Shown here: piece after piece, positions 43,465 through 56,086 of the stretch | Numbering within the stretch: position 1 is the stretch's first letter | How the letters are laid out: the number at the start of each line of letters is the position of its first letter | Assembly (NCBI GenBank): GCA_029953675.1 | Contig: JAMWBK010000011.1 | Coordinates: forward strand, 372,001-436,000 | Direction: 5' to 3' | DNA from: Rhodosorus marinus CCMP1338 | Taxonomy: Eukaryota > Plantae > Rhodophyta | Length of the DNA stretch: 64,000 bases | Notes under the pieces: generated by a model | Databases searched by the model: none | What the model was told of the DNA's origin: nothing | What the model saw: the letters and a program-made list of their open reading frames with translations, nothing else | Position numbers and translations under genes: made by a program

Positions 43465-45976
43465 TCAGAACTCGTCTTTGTGAGCTAGAAGCTCATGCAT
43501 GCGTTTGGAGTCGTCTCTGCTTCTGCACCCGACGGTTGGAATCACCCGTTTTGGATTAAAATGCTTGACAAAGTCCTTGAGCTCGGAGAAACTGGAGTGT
43601 TCGGAGTATGAGACGTCGTAAACCACACAGTTGCCCTGCTGCCTCCGCGTTATTCCCGTTCCTTGTAGCGAAAGAAGCCGGACGAGTTATCAGTTTTCGT
43701 GCACAGGATGGCCTGGAGCTTCCGCGGTGAGCCGCTTCTGCACGTCGGCTTGTGCTACTCGTTCTCACCTCCTGCCTTCCATGTCCATCCGGTCGGCCGA
43801 ATAGCAACGACGTTGGAAAACCTGGAGCGGTGGTCCCGTAGACGTAGCTTCGCTCCCTTAAATGAGGCAATTCCCATCGATCCTACATGGATCCTAGCCA
43901 TCGAGGGGTCGCTTGTAATAAGCTTTTCGACGTGGTCTGGAAGCCCCTCGCTTTTCAGAATCGCAGCTCTGTACGGTTCCACAAAGACTTTCATTTCTAG
44001 TGATTCCGCTACGTTCAGATACAGCTAGGAACAGACCCGTTGAATGCGTGGGTCAGTTCTGAACTCGCAAAACACGAGTGTGGAGCAACTCTCATCTAAT
44101 TTTCCATACCTTTTCCTTTCCGAGCTGATAAGTTCCAAACAGGAACAGTGTGCGAGAATTGAAACTCTCCCGCTTCACGAGCGACAGGACAGCCTCGATG
44201 ATGATCCGCTGGTGAGGAAACGAGTATTTTGGATCGCAGTATGTCGTGTCGAGGTGCATCACATCCAAACGCCGCCCCTCACCACCAACAAGACCCACCA
44301 GAGCTTCATCCTTTGCGAACAAATCCTTATCGTAGCGACAGTCACCGGTATGCAGGATTGTCTTTCCGGTCGATTGCACCTGGTCGGCAAGAAGCACACG
44401 AGAGTCAACGACGCGAATGAAAGGGCACTGGGGACCGTTCGTTTACCCCCAGGACAAGCGCCAAAGACGTCCGTATAGAGTGGGCGTACCCGAAAGAGGA
44501 ACATGGCCGCTCCAGGACAGTGATTTGCATCACATGCGGTAACAAACGCACCATTGTCCTTGCCGCGAGGCGAGCCGATACCGAGATCCGGTACGAACAT
44601 CTCCTCGTTCAGTGTCAGGATCTGTATTCTCTCCTTGGGCACACCGAGCCTCAGCTGCACCAGCTTCGCGGTGATCTCGGTACAGAAGATCACGCCAGCT
44701 TTGAACGACTTGGAAAGCCCAGTATAGTGATCGGAATGGAAGTGGCTGAGGAAGAACTGCCTACAGACTCCTGGCTTTGCACGAAACGAGTCCACTGTAA
44801 ACGTCGTACCTGAGGTGGTGGAATCCATTGATGTTGGTGAATGTGTCGATGAGCATCCACACAACATTATGAAAGTCTACCTACCACCTACTTTCTTGTA
44901 GAACGGATGCTCCCGTTGTTGCCGCTGAACTGGGTTGGACGACGCTTCCTGACGTCGCTCTTTGTTAAATATTGGAAAAAGATTTACATCCTTGGTGCCT
45001 AGTACAGTCGAGTGTGAAGTAAAAAGCCATCCCCGGCGGTGCTACGACTTTTTCAGGGGCAGTCAATGGCGAGGCTGGCGAACCCGAGTTTCGGAAACGT
45101 ACCTTTCAAAGCCTTCAGGTTCCCTGTTTTCTTCTGTATCAAGGTTGAATCGCTCACTCCTAATTGTCTTCTTTCTGAGAACAGAGCGCCGAGTTCCACG
45201 AGGATCCTTTTGCGGCGTCCGATGCCCTCGATACCGACCTTGATGAGCTCGTCGTTGGTAGCGAGGCGGAGAGAGTCAAGGTCGGTATAGCCGTGACTTT
45301 TGAGCTTTGTCACTTCCTCCGCGATGTTCAGGCTAGTTGGAAAGTCCAAAAGAGAGAGCGCCGCCGCCCCTCTCACCTCCTCAGGTTGCGAGATTTGTTC
45401 CGGTTCTCTCTCCGTTGGTGAGCTTCTGCTGGCGTGATTTGAAGCTAACGGTAAAGCGACACGAATTTTCTTCCTGAAGATGGCGTAGTCTTTTCTAGTT
45501 GATGCTGAATCCAAGCACCGGTTTACGTGTGGCCCCAAAAGTGAAGATGAAAACCGATTGCCGCAGATCGGACATGACTGAGTTACTGGTGAAGAAACCA
45601 ATCCAGGTCGATGTCCAGCTACGACACAGCTGTTTTCTTTGTCCGAAATTTTGGCAGGAGCACCTCCAACTCCACCTTCCGCCAGCCGCTCTTCAGCTAC
45701 TCCACATCCGCGCTGGCACTTCAGCCAATTCAGGTCGATTGGATCGACATCCTTAGAACAAACATCGCGCTCACTTGAATGTTTCCGACTGTCTCCCAAA
45801 CTCTCTTCTGACCCACTAGACTCGATCTGAGCACTGTCCTCAAAACTCTCTCCAGCATTATCAAACTTCACATTCCCGGTATCCTTGGACGCCGTAGATC
45901 GACGTCGCCTCTTCAAGCGCAGCTCAAACTCTCTGACTCTCGAGAATTCACCATCCTCTTCGTCAGAGTCCTCCAT
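43465..45976 (-). CDS. SNM1: SNM1/Pso2 (DCLRE1A-like) DNA cross-link repair nuclease: UBZ finger + SAM + metallo-beta-lactamase + beta-CASP, multi-exon
   Basis: CPICG..HVNRCLD; SAM-like LKSHGYTDLDSLRLATNDELIKVGIEGIGRRKRIL; FLSHFHSDHYTGL; DANHCPGAAMFLF; LHTGDCR; LDTTYCDPKY; GTYQLGKEK; RPTGW; YSEHSSFSEL; VIPTV. Confidence 0.9.
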
Positions 45977-46511
45977 TATCGATCAGTACTTGACCTCTAA
46001 AGGCTCCCACCCTCCAGCTAGCAACATTCTGTCCAAACCGCTTCAAGCCCGATCCCCATGTACACAAATAACAGCTTTTTTAGCTAAGCGTTACTGTAAG
46101 TCAATAACCAATACATATCTCGTTTAATCCTTTAATATCCAATCATACATCTTAAAAATCATATAGCAACTCTTGCACAAGAATTAAAGTCTTTAATTGG
46201 TTTATAAAAATACGATTTACTAATTATTAACCTTTAAAGGCTTGATAAGTAAATAACCAGACTTTTGATTTGATGTTAAGAGTTATTAGATATATCTATA
46301 GCCAATTGACAATGAGAATGGAAAGGCTAGATTCTAGTTTTTATCAATAAACGCGAGTTTCAGTCAACGGTTGACGGGTGTAAGTTTTGGTATTCCACCG
46401 ATCACCGATTGGGGGGAAAGCTGTTTGGGCGGGTGAGAATGGGTTTGGAACGGGGAGGTGGGGGGGAGGTTTTCCAGGGTTAACAGTGACTGGGTTTAGT
46501 GTGTATAAAAG

Positions 46512-48552
46512 ATGAGTAGAATAGGTAAAGGGTTCACACTGTACGAGATCAACTCGCGTCCCTGGCTCTTTGAACTTCGGGAGAAGTATGGCGCCGAGGT
46601 TATTAGGACGATTGCTGACGTTCCGGATGCTGAGATTGAAAAGCTGAAGGAGTTTCGAGTCCACATGGTTTGGCTTCAAGGTGATAGAATCAAGTCTGGT
46701 GCAGCTTTTTTTTTTTGAGATTAAAACCCTTTGTGGAGACGACTGATCTCAGAAAGACACTCCTGGCTTTGCTTGTTCGTTTAGGAGTATGGAAGCTTGG
46801 AAAGTTTGGGCTGGAAATGGACAAGACTGAACCCGGTCGCGTCGGCGCGTACGGAAGAGTGCTCCCAGGTTTCACGGAAGATGACATCATCGGATCACCG
46901 TACGCTGTTGTAGAATACGTTGTAAACGAGGATATTGGGGGTGATGAGGCCCTGCAGGAGTTCAGAAAAAAACTCAGCGATCGCGGCATCAAACTGATGC
47001 TCGATCTCGTACCAAACGTGAGGATTATGACACCCGCTTATATCTTAGACTCGTTTGAAGCACTTCAGCAACTAATCATGGCCTTTCCACGATTTGCTGC
47101 GTCTGCATAACTAGCACATGGCAGTTGACTCTGAATGGATGAAGGACGAGGAGAAAAAGGAATATTTCGTTCGAAAGCCATCGTCAGGGTCAGATTTTAA
47201 CCCTCACGAGTTCATGGCGGACGGTACTGCGCATGGGAAGGTACTAGATATTCCAATGCTTCCAGGGTGTTGCCTCTTCGACCTAACAGTAACTCTTTCT
47301 CAATGCTTGATCTGGAGAAGGATCCTTACTGCGGCGCTTGGCCAGACACCGCGCAGCTCAACTACTTCAACCCGGAACTTCGAAAGGCCATGACGGAGGT
47401 ACTTGTCAAACTCGCGTCTTCCTGCGATGGACTGCGCGTGGACATGGCGATGCTCATTTTAAACAAGTGCCACAATCAAGTACGTGAACCTCAAAACCTG
47501 GAGACGCATAGGAGGAGCCTGGTAAGACTGATGTACTCCTTTCTCTGCGTGAATCATGAAGTGCTGGGGTCCTGTGTTGGCTGCCAATGGTTGGAGTACT
47601 CCTCAGGACGAATTTTGGGGAGATGCTATTAAAGCGATGAGGCAGAAGCACCCGGACATGATCCTTATGGCGGAAGTATACTGGGGCCTTGACAGCGAGT
47701 TGATCGAACTGGGTTTCGATGCAACGTACGACAAGGCCCTCTACGATACGACACTGTCCAGGCACCTGGACAATTTGAGGGGATATATTGGCTCCAAGTC
47801 CGAGGCTTTTCTGGCGCACTCTACCCACTTTGTGGAAAACCACGATGAGCCCAGAGCGGTGGCTGAGTTTGGAGGGAAAATGAATGCCAACTGTGCAGCT
47901 GCGCTGCAGTTTGCTCTTCCCGGCATACGGCTGCAGTTCCACGGACAAGTGAGTTGTTGTCAAGCCCACTCCAACCCCGTCGTTTCGAGGTTACTCACTT
48001 AATAGCCCTGCTGTTCGTCCTGCTTTGCCATGTCTAGTGGGCAGGTATTTCAAAAACTCTCGATGTTCATCTTAGACGACATGCGGAAGAACCTCGGGAC
48101 GAAAAGAACGAGAAGTACGTACCCTTACGAACCTATGATCCAGTCTTCTGTCCAACAGATTTCATATTATTTTATCCTGTCTGCTGACGTCTTGCCCTCT
48201 TGTAAGGTACTACAAACGGCTCAATGCCATTCTCGACGACGAGCTCTTTCGGAAGGGAAGCTTCAAGATGGTCGGTGCGCACGACGCTGGGGAGGGAGAC
48301 CGCCAGGTGTGGAGATTGACCACCTTCAAGTGGACCCTCGGCGCCCGAAAGTGCATCGCCGTTTTCAACTACTCCGACGAGGAATCCGGTGGGCACATCG
48401 CCCTAGACGATATCACTGCCACGGACAAGGAGTACAAGATTCAGGAACTCCTAGGCGGGAACGAGTACAGCAGAAATCCGGAGGAACTTAAGTCACGGGG
48501 CCTGTTCGTCTGGCTAAGACCGTTTGGAATGCAATTCTTCCAATACACATAA
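46512..48552 (+). CDS. GH13 alpha-amylase-family glycoside hydrolase, multi-exon, no signal peptide
   Basis: LYEINSRPWL; GSPYAV; KLMLDLVPN|HMA; WPDTAQLNY; DGLRVDMAM (Asp); MAEVYW (Glu); FVENHDEPR (Asp). Confidence 0.88.
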
Positions 48553-49295
48553 AAGAGAGAGACATACAGAGACAGAGACAGAGAGTACAAGCCCAAAACC
48601 TTCCATGCAATGCCCACCAAGTCCATCTCAGCTACCGAAATCGACATTGACTACTATTCAATCCATATTTATATACATCAATCAAAACGTACTTGTCGCG
48701 GTGAACAAATATATATTGTTTTCAGTTCAAATACGTGCGGTTCACGAAGACCGACGCTTTATAATTTTTAATTCAATATAGATTCCCGCCATTTCCATCC
48801 ACAGAAGATGAAATATTGAAGCAATTCAACAGAGGTAAATATGTGCATCCAAAACCAAAGCGGTCAAATTTTAATGAGCGCCATGGCTGGAGGGGTGTGA
48901 GATATTGATTGAACTGTATTCGTATATCGTTGTTATATTACTGACTCAGTCTCTATTGATCGAAAGGTTTATTTTATCAACAGTAGAAGGGGTTATGATA
49001 ATCGAATTAATAATAGTTTATGAATTATGTAGTCTATATTTGATAATAGTGATTGAGGATGGTGGTAGATCGATAGGTTTGGTCCGTTGTTGAGGGGAAG
49101 GGGATGGATGGATCATTTAGGGTTGCCTGGTCTGGTTGAAAGGATTGCTTGTGTGAAGGATTGGGTCAGATATCGAGCGCCCCGAACTCGTTTGTTGAAG
49201 GAGTCGTTGTTGAAAGCAGTTGTGATTTCTTTTTCTGTCTGGTTTTGGTGTGTTTGACGGCTTTTGTTTTTAGTACTTTGGGACTTTAAGTCGAT

Positions 49296-50539
49296 ATGCT
49301 GCGTTCGGGGTCTGGGGTTGCGGCTTGGAAGAGAGGATGGGAGGTGGGACGTCGAGGCACGTCAGCGATGGCGGGAAAGCTTCCACGTAAGAACTTGGGG
49401 GGTACTGGTAGTGAAAAGAAGGACGAGACGGGTGTGCAGACGGCCATCCAACTGGCGGACTATGTTCAGGCGAATGTAAGAGTGTACCGTCGAGAATTTT
49501 TTTGGAGAAGAATCGAACTGAATAGTCACCTATCGATTAAACTTTGGAATAGGCCCAGATGAAAGCCAGTCGACTGGAACCGGCACTAATGGCAGCCCCC
49601 AAAAAGAACAGGTGGGTAAACTTCAGCGGTATGTCCTTGTGCAGCGATGGACAAAGCGTTGTCATGAAGGCAGACCTCCAAACGGACCCAACCAGATCGC
49701 CACACGCTAGAGGAGAAAAATACACGCTGGAGGCGCTTGTGAGCGTACAACTCACCTTTTTCGACAAGACTAGATTGAGCGGCTTGAAGCGGGGAGATAC
49801 AGTTTTCGTGTCGGGGCCACTCAAAACCTGGCGGAAGGACAGTAATTCCGATATCGACGGCAAAGGAGAGGTACCATTACACAGCTTATCTCCGGGGCTC
49901 GCGCTATCATGAACTCGATCTAAGCCACTCATCCCGGAACTACTATCACGTGATTGTCTAGATGGTGACACCTGAGGTGAACTTTTCTGGTGGATTCTCG
50001 ATTCCAGAGGGTTCCGCGCTGAACTCAGTTCCGGTACAAGACATCGTCGCCCTGGGACGCAGTGCTTCAGCCGTGTATCACCAGTTCTTCGAGAACGGGT
50101 ACGATCTGGAGGAAGTGAACGAGATTGCGTGCAAGGGGCGGATGAAGACCACTACCATTCTCATTCAGCTCGCGAAAGCCGCCCGGCTCAGACTTCCCGT
50201 CGACTGGGAGAGGCTCGTTTCAGCGGCGTACATCAATCAGCCAAACCACCTCTCGATGAGAGATCTTAAAGGTGCGATTCTAAGTCAAAATTTCATCAAG
50301 CAGCGCTCACAAAATCGGAGCTTCCGGAAGATCCTAAAAGGCAGAAACCAATTTCCACAGATGCCATTGCTACTGGAGGACCAAAAAGACTGACAGACGT
50401 GTTGAACCAGCTGCCGATCGAGAAAGTCATGTACCAAGCAGACCACGGCATCGTCCAAGGGAACGCTCTGGCGTTTGCTCAGATTAGGATTGCTCAGGCA
50501 TATCTCGAGATCCACGGAAAAGACGCGAACTGTACGTAG
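49296..50539 (+). CDS. Putative organelle-targeted SSB-like OB fold fused to a RecQ/WRN-type C-terminal helix-turn-helix (HTH_40-like); four exons
   Basis: In-frame GT-AG introns 49476-49552, 49871-49961 and 50272-50360; Arg-rich acid-poor N-terminus; LKRGDTVFVSGPLKTW..DGKG (SSB-like); SASAVYHQFFENGYDLEEV..MKTTTILIQLAKAA..LPVDWERL..LKDAIATGGPKRLTDVLNQLP..AQIRIAQAYL (HTH_40-like). Confidence 0.6.
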
Positions 50540-50929
50540 AGGCCTAATCCAGAGCTTCTGTTGCCTTTTTCTCGCTTCACTGCCGATGGCTTGTCTAAAT
50601 CGGTCCACAAAAAAATCGTATGAAACCAGTGGACATTGGAGCTGCTGTGGAAGCGGACGCAGAATCCATTGCCGATGAACCAGAGAAGGACTTTGCCGAA
50701 GGCATCCTGGCGCAGCATCTGATGGTGCCGGACTTCACTTCACCGGAACCCAGCGTCAAGACTCTTTAGAGTTTCTTATGAAAGCGAGTTTCAGCTTGTT
50801 GTAGAGATTCATCTTAGGGTTTCGTGCAGATCGATCTGGGGAGCTCTGAGGGAACCACTGGTGGCCGGTTTTGGTTTAAGCTCGTTGCGTTTGCTTCTTG
50901 AGGCAGTTCGAACGTTATTATGTGTTTTT

Positions 50930-51676
50930 TTAGCTATGGTGAGAATACGAATTACAAGGCCGCATCTTCAGGTACTTGAACGCAGCGTTCATGTTGGTGT
51001 CCTTCTGATCGGAGGTGCAGAAACCAATAAAGGCTTGGGCATTGAGTTCGGCTGGTTTCACGTGAGCCAAGCGGTTTAGATCAAAAGACTGCGCAAAAGT
51101 ATCCTTCATGTTCGAGTACATGGAGGTTATGTCCAGGCCCATTGATGTCGTTCCCCGCGATCGTCCAAACTCGACAGCGACGCTGTCTCCAAGGAAGAAG
51201 ATTCGAACGCTCCCTCGGCTGCGCGAGGCTTCACCATGGAAGGCCAGATCAAATCGGCCATCAACCCGCTCAGCCGTTGCCTTCAAGGTCTTTTCGTTTG
51301 CTTTGATCAACCCGGCCCAGACCCAGTTCTTCTTGTCGTAATACACGACCAATCCGCAGCGATCTAAATCCCGACCCTCGTCCAGTTTCAGCAAACTTTC
51401 CGCCACAGTCTTGTCTCGAGTCCAAGCCCCGTACATATGAAAGCGATCATCGAACGCTGTAGCTTCCCATGAGGAAGATGAAGAAGACCCTCCACTACTC
51501 GACGATCCTCCTCCTCTTTCGCTTGGTCTCGCTTCCAAGCCGCTCGGAACCACGGTCATCCATCCATCCTCAATCTCATCACTACCTACAGGAACTTCCA
51601 CGTTCCCAACGGAAACCCAGATAGGAGGAAGCTCCAGATCCTTGTTTCCTTTGACGTCAATGGCTTCGCCTTCCAT
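50930..51676 (-). CDS. DUF1349-like (concanavalin A-fold) protein, divergent; start uncertain
   Basis: LDRCGLVVYYDKKNWVWAGL aligns with FDQAGLMVRYSADCWIKTGL of the 56852 protein; VRIFFLGDSVAVEF; FIGFCTS. Confidence 0.55.
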   Translation of the reverse strand: MEGEAIDVKGNKDLELPPIWVSVGNVEVPVGSDEIEDGWMTVVPSGLEARPSERGGGSSSSGGSSSSSSWEATAFDDRFHMYGAWTRDKTVAESLLKLDEGRDLDRCGLVVYYDKKNWVWAGLIKANEKTLKATAERVDGRFDLAFHGEASRSRGSVRIFFLGDSVAVEFGRSRGTTSMGLDITSMYSNMKDTFAQSFDLNRLAHVKPAELNAQAFIGFCTSDQKDTNMNAAFKYLKMRPCNSYSHHS

Positions 51677-52089
51677 TCTTTCGACAGAATACGAGGAAGA
51701 AAGCCCATAAAACGAATCCAAATCAATCCAGCCTAGACTGCAAGTTGATACACTTCAGCTCTTCACTAGCCACCAGTAAATCCTTCCAAGGACCGATCAG
51801 ATTCGCTCGCCGAAGAATCCGTTAAGAATCTCGAGCTCAACTAACAGACTCGGCAGGTAGCCCTGAGCAAATTCGGGCTGCCGGCCGCTTCACCAACTAC
51901 GACTAGTCGAAGAATAAGACTGAAGCAGCTTGAAGCAACAACAGCTTCTCGAAAACTGCTTTTTTACTGTTTGACTTGCTGCTCATGCGCAATTGATACC
52001 TAACTCAATAACCTGACTAGAAGAGGTCGGATAGGCATGCCTTTTGGGAGGATGTCTCACACGACCTCTCACAATATCCGAAGAATCGA

Positions 52090-53130
52090 GGACGTCATCT
52101 ATATGGCAGCAAACACGGCGTCCCTGCTGAGAAGATCCACGTTGAAGTGTGGCTTCCAACGGTGCTGGCAAGGTGGCGGGGTTTTTGGGAGTCTCTCAAT
52201 GATTGTTGCCTTAAGCCAACCTTGGATGGTGCAGTTTCCCGGCGATGCTGTCCAGCTTATTACGTTTAGAGAGCGCTATCCGAACCGTGGTTTTGGGGAG
52301 CGAGTTTCCTCGTCAGCTATTATTTACGTCAAAGACCACCCGACAGTTATTTCTGGAAAAGGTGGTTGCCGTGGTGACCACAATCAAGCCCTTTGCATAT
52401 GGCAAGCATGGGGCTTCACCACAGCAATCATGTCTCTAGACCTGACTGTCGGTCTTGGCTATCTTAAGCTCCTTTAGGCTACGGTGTTCACCCTTTGCTT
52501 TTTGGCCAACGAACAGTCTTTCGATGAAAGTCATCGCCCAAAACCTGGGACCTTACTCAAGGCTAGAAACCTCGCGGTCTCCCTTAACAGCATCGTGCAT
52601 CGTAGGCACCAACCACCTTGAAACTTCCCTGCCGAAAAAACTCGTCCAGATGTTGCGAGCCCGCAAAGTGGGAACTGCTTTCCCGCCGAGATCGCACGAG
52701 TGAAGAGCGTTCAGGCACGCTCCCAGCTAGGAAATGTGGTACAGTAGCCCTTCACTGACCGAAACAAGTTGTGAACGGTCGACCAAGTCGACAAGAGAGT
52801 TGTCAACGGCTGGACAGGTCAAGAAGGGGCCAAAACAGTAGCGACTAGTCGATTTCCCATAGCAGTACAACTTGAATGTGCTTCCACAAGCAACAGCTAA
52901 ACAGCCAGAAAACCGTAGCTGGTAGACTTGACTGTTTGCGATAGTTTGAAGACCAAAGGAGGACCAATTCTCCTAGTGGAAAATTTTAAGCGTGCAACAG
53001 AGCATTGAGCCATTTGGAGTACCATGGAAAAATAGCGCAATCAAGAGACAAAGACGTATGCAGAACAGGATAAACGACTGTGAAAGGTATGTTCTAAAGA
53101 GAAATTGGTCGCAACGTCCGAGACAACACC
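52090..53130 (+). mobile_element. Degenerate hAT-like DNA transposase remnant
   Basis: MAANTASLL (resembles CxxHxLxLL); CLKPT/(frameshift)WCSFPAMLSSLLRLESAI (resembles TRWxSxxxMLxxLL..AI); FLEKVVAVVTTIKPFA; CE..RNWS near 53080; multiple stops and frameshifts. Confidence 0.4.
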
Positions 53131-53599
53131 ACGCTCACTGATTAACTGGCTGGAGACAGAATTCTCAGAAGGGTTTAGACAACCGGAACAGTACCCTCAA
53201 GGGAGGAAAAGCGGCGAGGAGTCCGGAAGATCTTGGAAGAGAAAGAAGCGTAAAGCAGTTAGTTTTGTACTACGCTTACCAAGAATTTAAACAGTACAAC
53301 TCTGTGCAAGGACTGGTAAACGGGCTACACAAAACCAAACAAAGCCGCGAGCCTGAGAAGCCGGAGAAACCGGAGAAATCGGCCGGTCGAATCAGTCCGA
53401 CTCGTGTTCACGTAGCGTCAATCATTCGGTTGGAACCCCGAAACATCCTTTCGACTGTGCGAATGTGGTCAGTGCCTCCCGAGTCCAGGATGAGCTTGTC
53501 CTCGTTCTTGCTCGCCTGAATTCCCCCGTGGAACTTTCTTGGCGGCTCGTCACCTTCGGGTACGGGAACACGCAGATCCTAGGCTAACTGGGAAGGGAG

Positions 53600-53900
53600 G
53601 AAGGCTGTAGGAGTACGTATGCTGACTTGGCGATCCCCAATCCCCAATCATCGCCCTATTTTCCCGCCTCCTCTCGACGCCGGGGAACCCCTGAGGTTCG
53701 TACGCGAAGCGCAAGGAGACATGTACGCGGACGTTTTGCGAATGCGCAGCTTTGGGAATCTGCGATGACGCCTCGCCTAGTCCCGTTTGTGATTGAGTCG
53801 TTTGGGTTGCTGGACGGTACAGGAGCTGCTTGCCTCAAAGACTGGTTTCTTGAGCGCCAGACTGCACTCTCTGAACTGCCGAGAACAATATGTTGGTGAA
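53600..53900 (+). mobile_element. Degenerate REL-endonuclease remnant of a CRE/R2-like retroelement
   Basis: ADLAIPNP...RLVPFVIESFGLLDGTGAACLKDW resembles LVPFIFETFGRMGQASLEFLR. Confidence 0.5.
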
Positions 53901-54788
53901 AGTGTTCAGGGCCAAGCCCACACCGCTTGAAAGTCCCACTTGATGCGCTGGGATCGCTTAGATTGTCTCTCTCCACTCGCAACTGCTTCAGGGGTTGGGT
54001 TGTGCAAGCAACGTTTATGCGGAAACAGCTAAGCGCTTCGCCACTAGGCAGAGGTTGGGGATTAAAAGCGGAAAACTGAACACACGCATTCCACTGGTTA
54101 AGACAGTTGGGACCTCCTTTGTTCGATCCCAATCGATTCAGCGTCCCCGTGCAGATCGAGAAACGGGATCAATACCTAGTGTTCGCGGAAAAAAAAGAAA
54201 CTACTCCCCACAACGGAGGGATCACCCGCACAAAGAATGGCTTACATGCCCCAATATGATTAGCGTGCCAGGAAAGTCTTATTGTTTTGCCCAAAGTCAC
54301 ATTCCGTTCTCTCCTTATCCGACTGCACCAGACGTAAACTTCCCGCGCTTTTCTTTCGGCATGTAAATAAAATTTAAACAATTCAAGTACTAAACAATCA
54401 TGCATGGAGACAGTAGACAATCCAAAAACTAGAACGGCCTATTTTACAGAAATAATGACTGAACTTACTACTATTTCCTTAATAAAAATAAGTAAACAGT
54501 CATTATAAACACTTCATCCCAGCTTTGAACGATTTTAGGATCTCAGGAAGGATAAGCGATTTTGTAAAATGATATTAATTATGTATGCAGTCTTTATTGA
54601 AGTTTTTTGATTGAAGAACTTGCGACCTCCTTTTTTTTGGTGGCGAACGAATGTATTGGCATTTAGGGGTTTTGAAGGGGATGCTTGGATGCATTTGGAT
54701 GTGCAGGGGAGAGGCAAAGGATGAGCATTGAAGACCTTGAATTGAAAATCTGTGCGGAATACCTGTTTTTGCTGCTCACAAGAACCGA

Positions 54789-55459
54789 TGCTTCGTGCCA
54801 GAGCACGGGATTTGATCCGTGGCGGCTATGTTACTCGGAGAAACCTCTCTTCAAAGCCTGGTAAGAAGGACAAGATACACAAAAACGAAGTGGTAATTAA
54901 AGCGGATTGCGAGCCTAGTACGAGCCGAAAGGGGAGCGACGTAAGACTTGCAAAACAGGAGTGATCTGGTTTTCGGATTGCTGTTCTAATTGATATGCGC
55001 TTCTGCTCTTGGAGACGACAGGTACGCGTCCAATCGGCTCGAAGGACGAGAAAGTTTGTTCCGATAGGAAACGCCTGGACCAGCGTGAACAGTACGTGTT
55101 CTTCATGGTGGATGGATGGACAGACAGAGCAGCAAACTTTGTTGAGGAGAGGAGAGAGCCAATCTCCGGAAGCGATGGTGAATGTGGACACCTTGGAATC
55201 GGAAGAAATGAGAACTTCAAAGGTGACAGAGGACCATGATATTAAGTACCGTCAATTGAAGACCCCGAAGCTCTCACTTAATGAAAAGATATCTGAAGAA
55301 CAGAGCGGACCGGAATCGAAAATGTACAAGGTTGACCAAGCCTTCGTTCAAAGCAATAACCTGAGCCTTGCGCTCGCGCCAGAAGTGGATCATTCATCGT
55401 GTCAGAGGATTTCTCCTGCAGAGGTGCTCGCGCGAGCTAAGCAAATTGACTTTGAGTAG
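54789..55459 (+). CDS. Hypothetical protein with a mitochondrial presequence-like N-terminus, at least two exons
   Basis: MLRARARDLIRGGYVTRRNLSS; in-frame intron ending CAG at 55021 joins VRVQSARRTRKFVPIGNAW; the gene may continue downstream. Confidence 0.45.
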
Positions 55460-56086
55460 GAAAACGCTGGCAAGCTCCTCTAATTTATTTTCACCGAGTT
55501 GGATTTTGGGGGGTATATGGACGTCTAAAAGAGTCGAAATTGTCTATGGTTAACCGAGAGATATAGCCTAAGCAGGAAACGGATCGATTCCATTACGAGA
55601 CAAGAAAAAGCGGCCTAGTCATTCAATGAGAAATCAGGCCTCTCTGCACCCAGCAACAATCTACTAGTCGGTCGGCCTCGTGTGCCGGAACCGAAGCAAA
55701 ACCGGAACTTGCTGAGAAACCTACTTCCGTTAGACATATTCTGGACGTTGTCACATCCGCCGTTCGGCAATAGCTGGACTCGAGTCGTGCAAACAGTGCC
55801 AGCCACCAGAATGATGAAGCCAAACTTGAGCGTCTGCAACTTTTCAAGCTCAAAAATTTCCGAACCGATTGAGCTTGTTCTGCATCCGATGGCTTCGATA
55901 CGCGTAAGTTGGGTCTTCAGAGAAATCGATGAAAGTTAATTGATTGAATCCAACACACAGCCTCTTTGAGAAAGTGAATACTACTGGTCCGAACCTGAGC
56001 TTGCAAACTCCTGACAATCTATCGAAACGCCTTTTGAAAGCTCCATGGGTAGGTATCAAACTTACATATGCCGCTGGCAGATACCA

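Noticed and set aside
50272-50303. Apparent ultra-short 29-32 nt intron
   Set aside because: A downstream acceptor at 50360 gives a normal 89-nt intron in the same frame and a better protein match.
51983-52171. HIDDVL resembling the RT YxDD motif on the minus strand
   Set aside because: No other RT motifs in the correct order; the plus strand is better explained as an hAT remnant.
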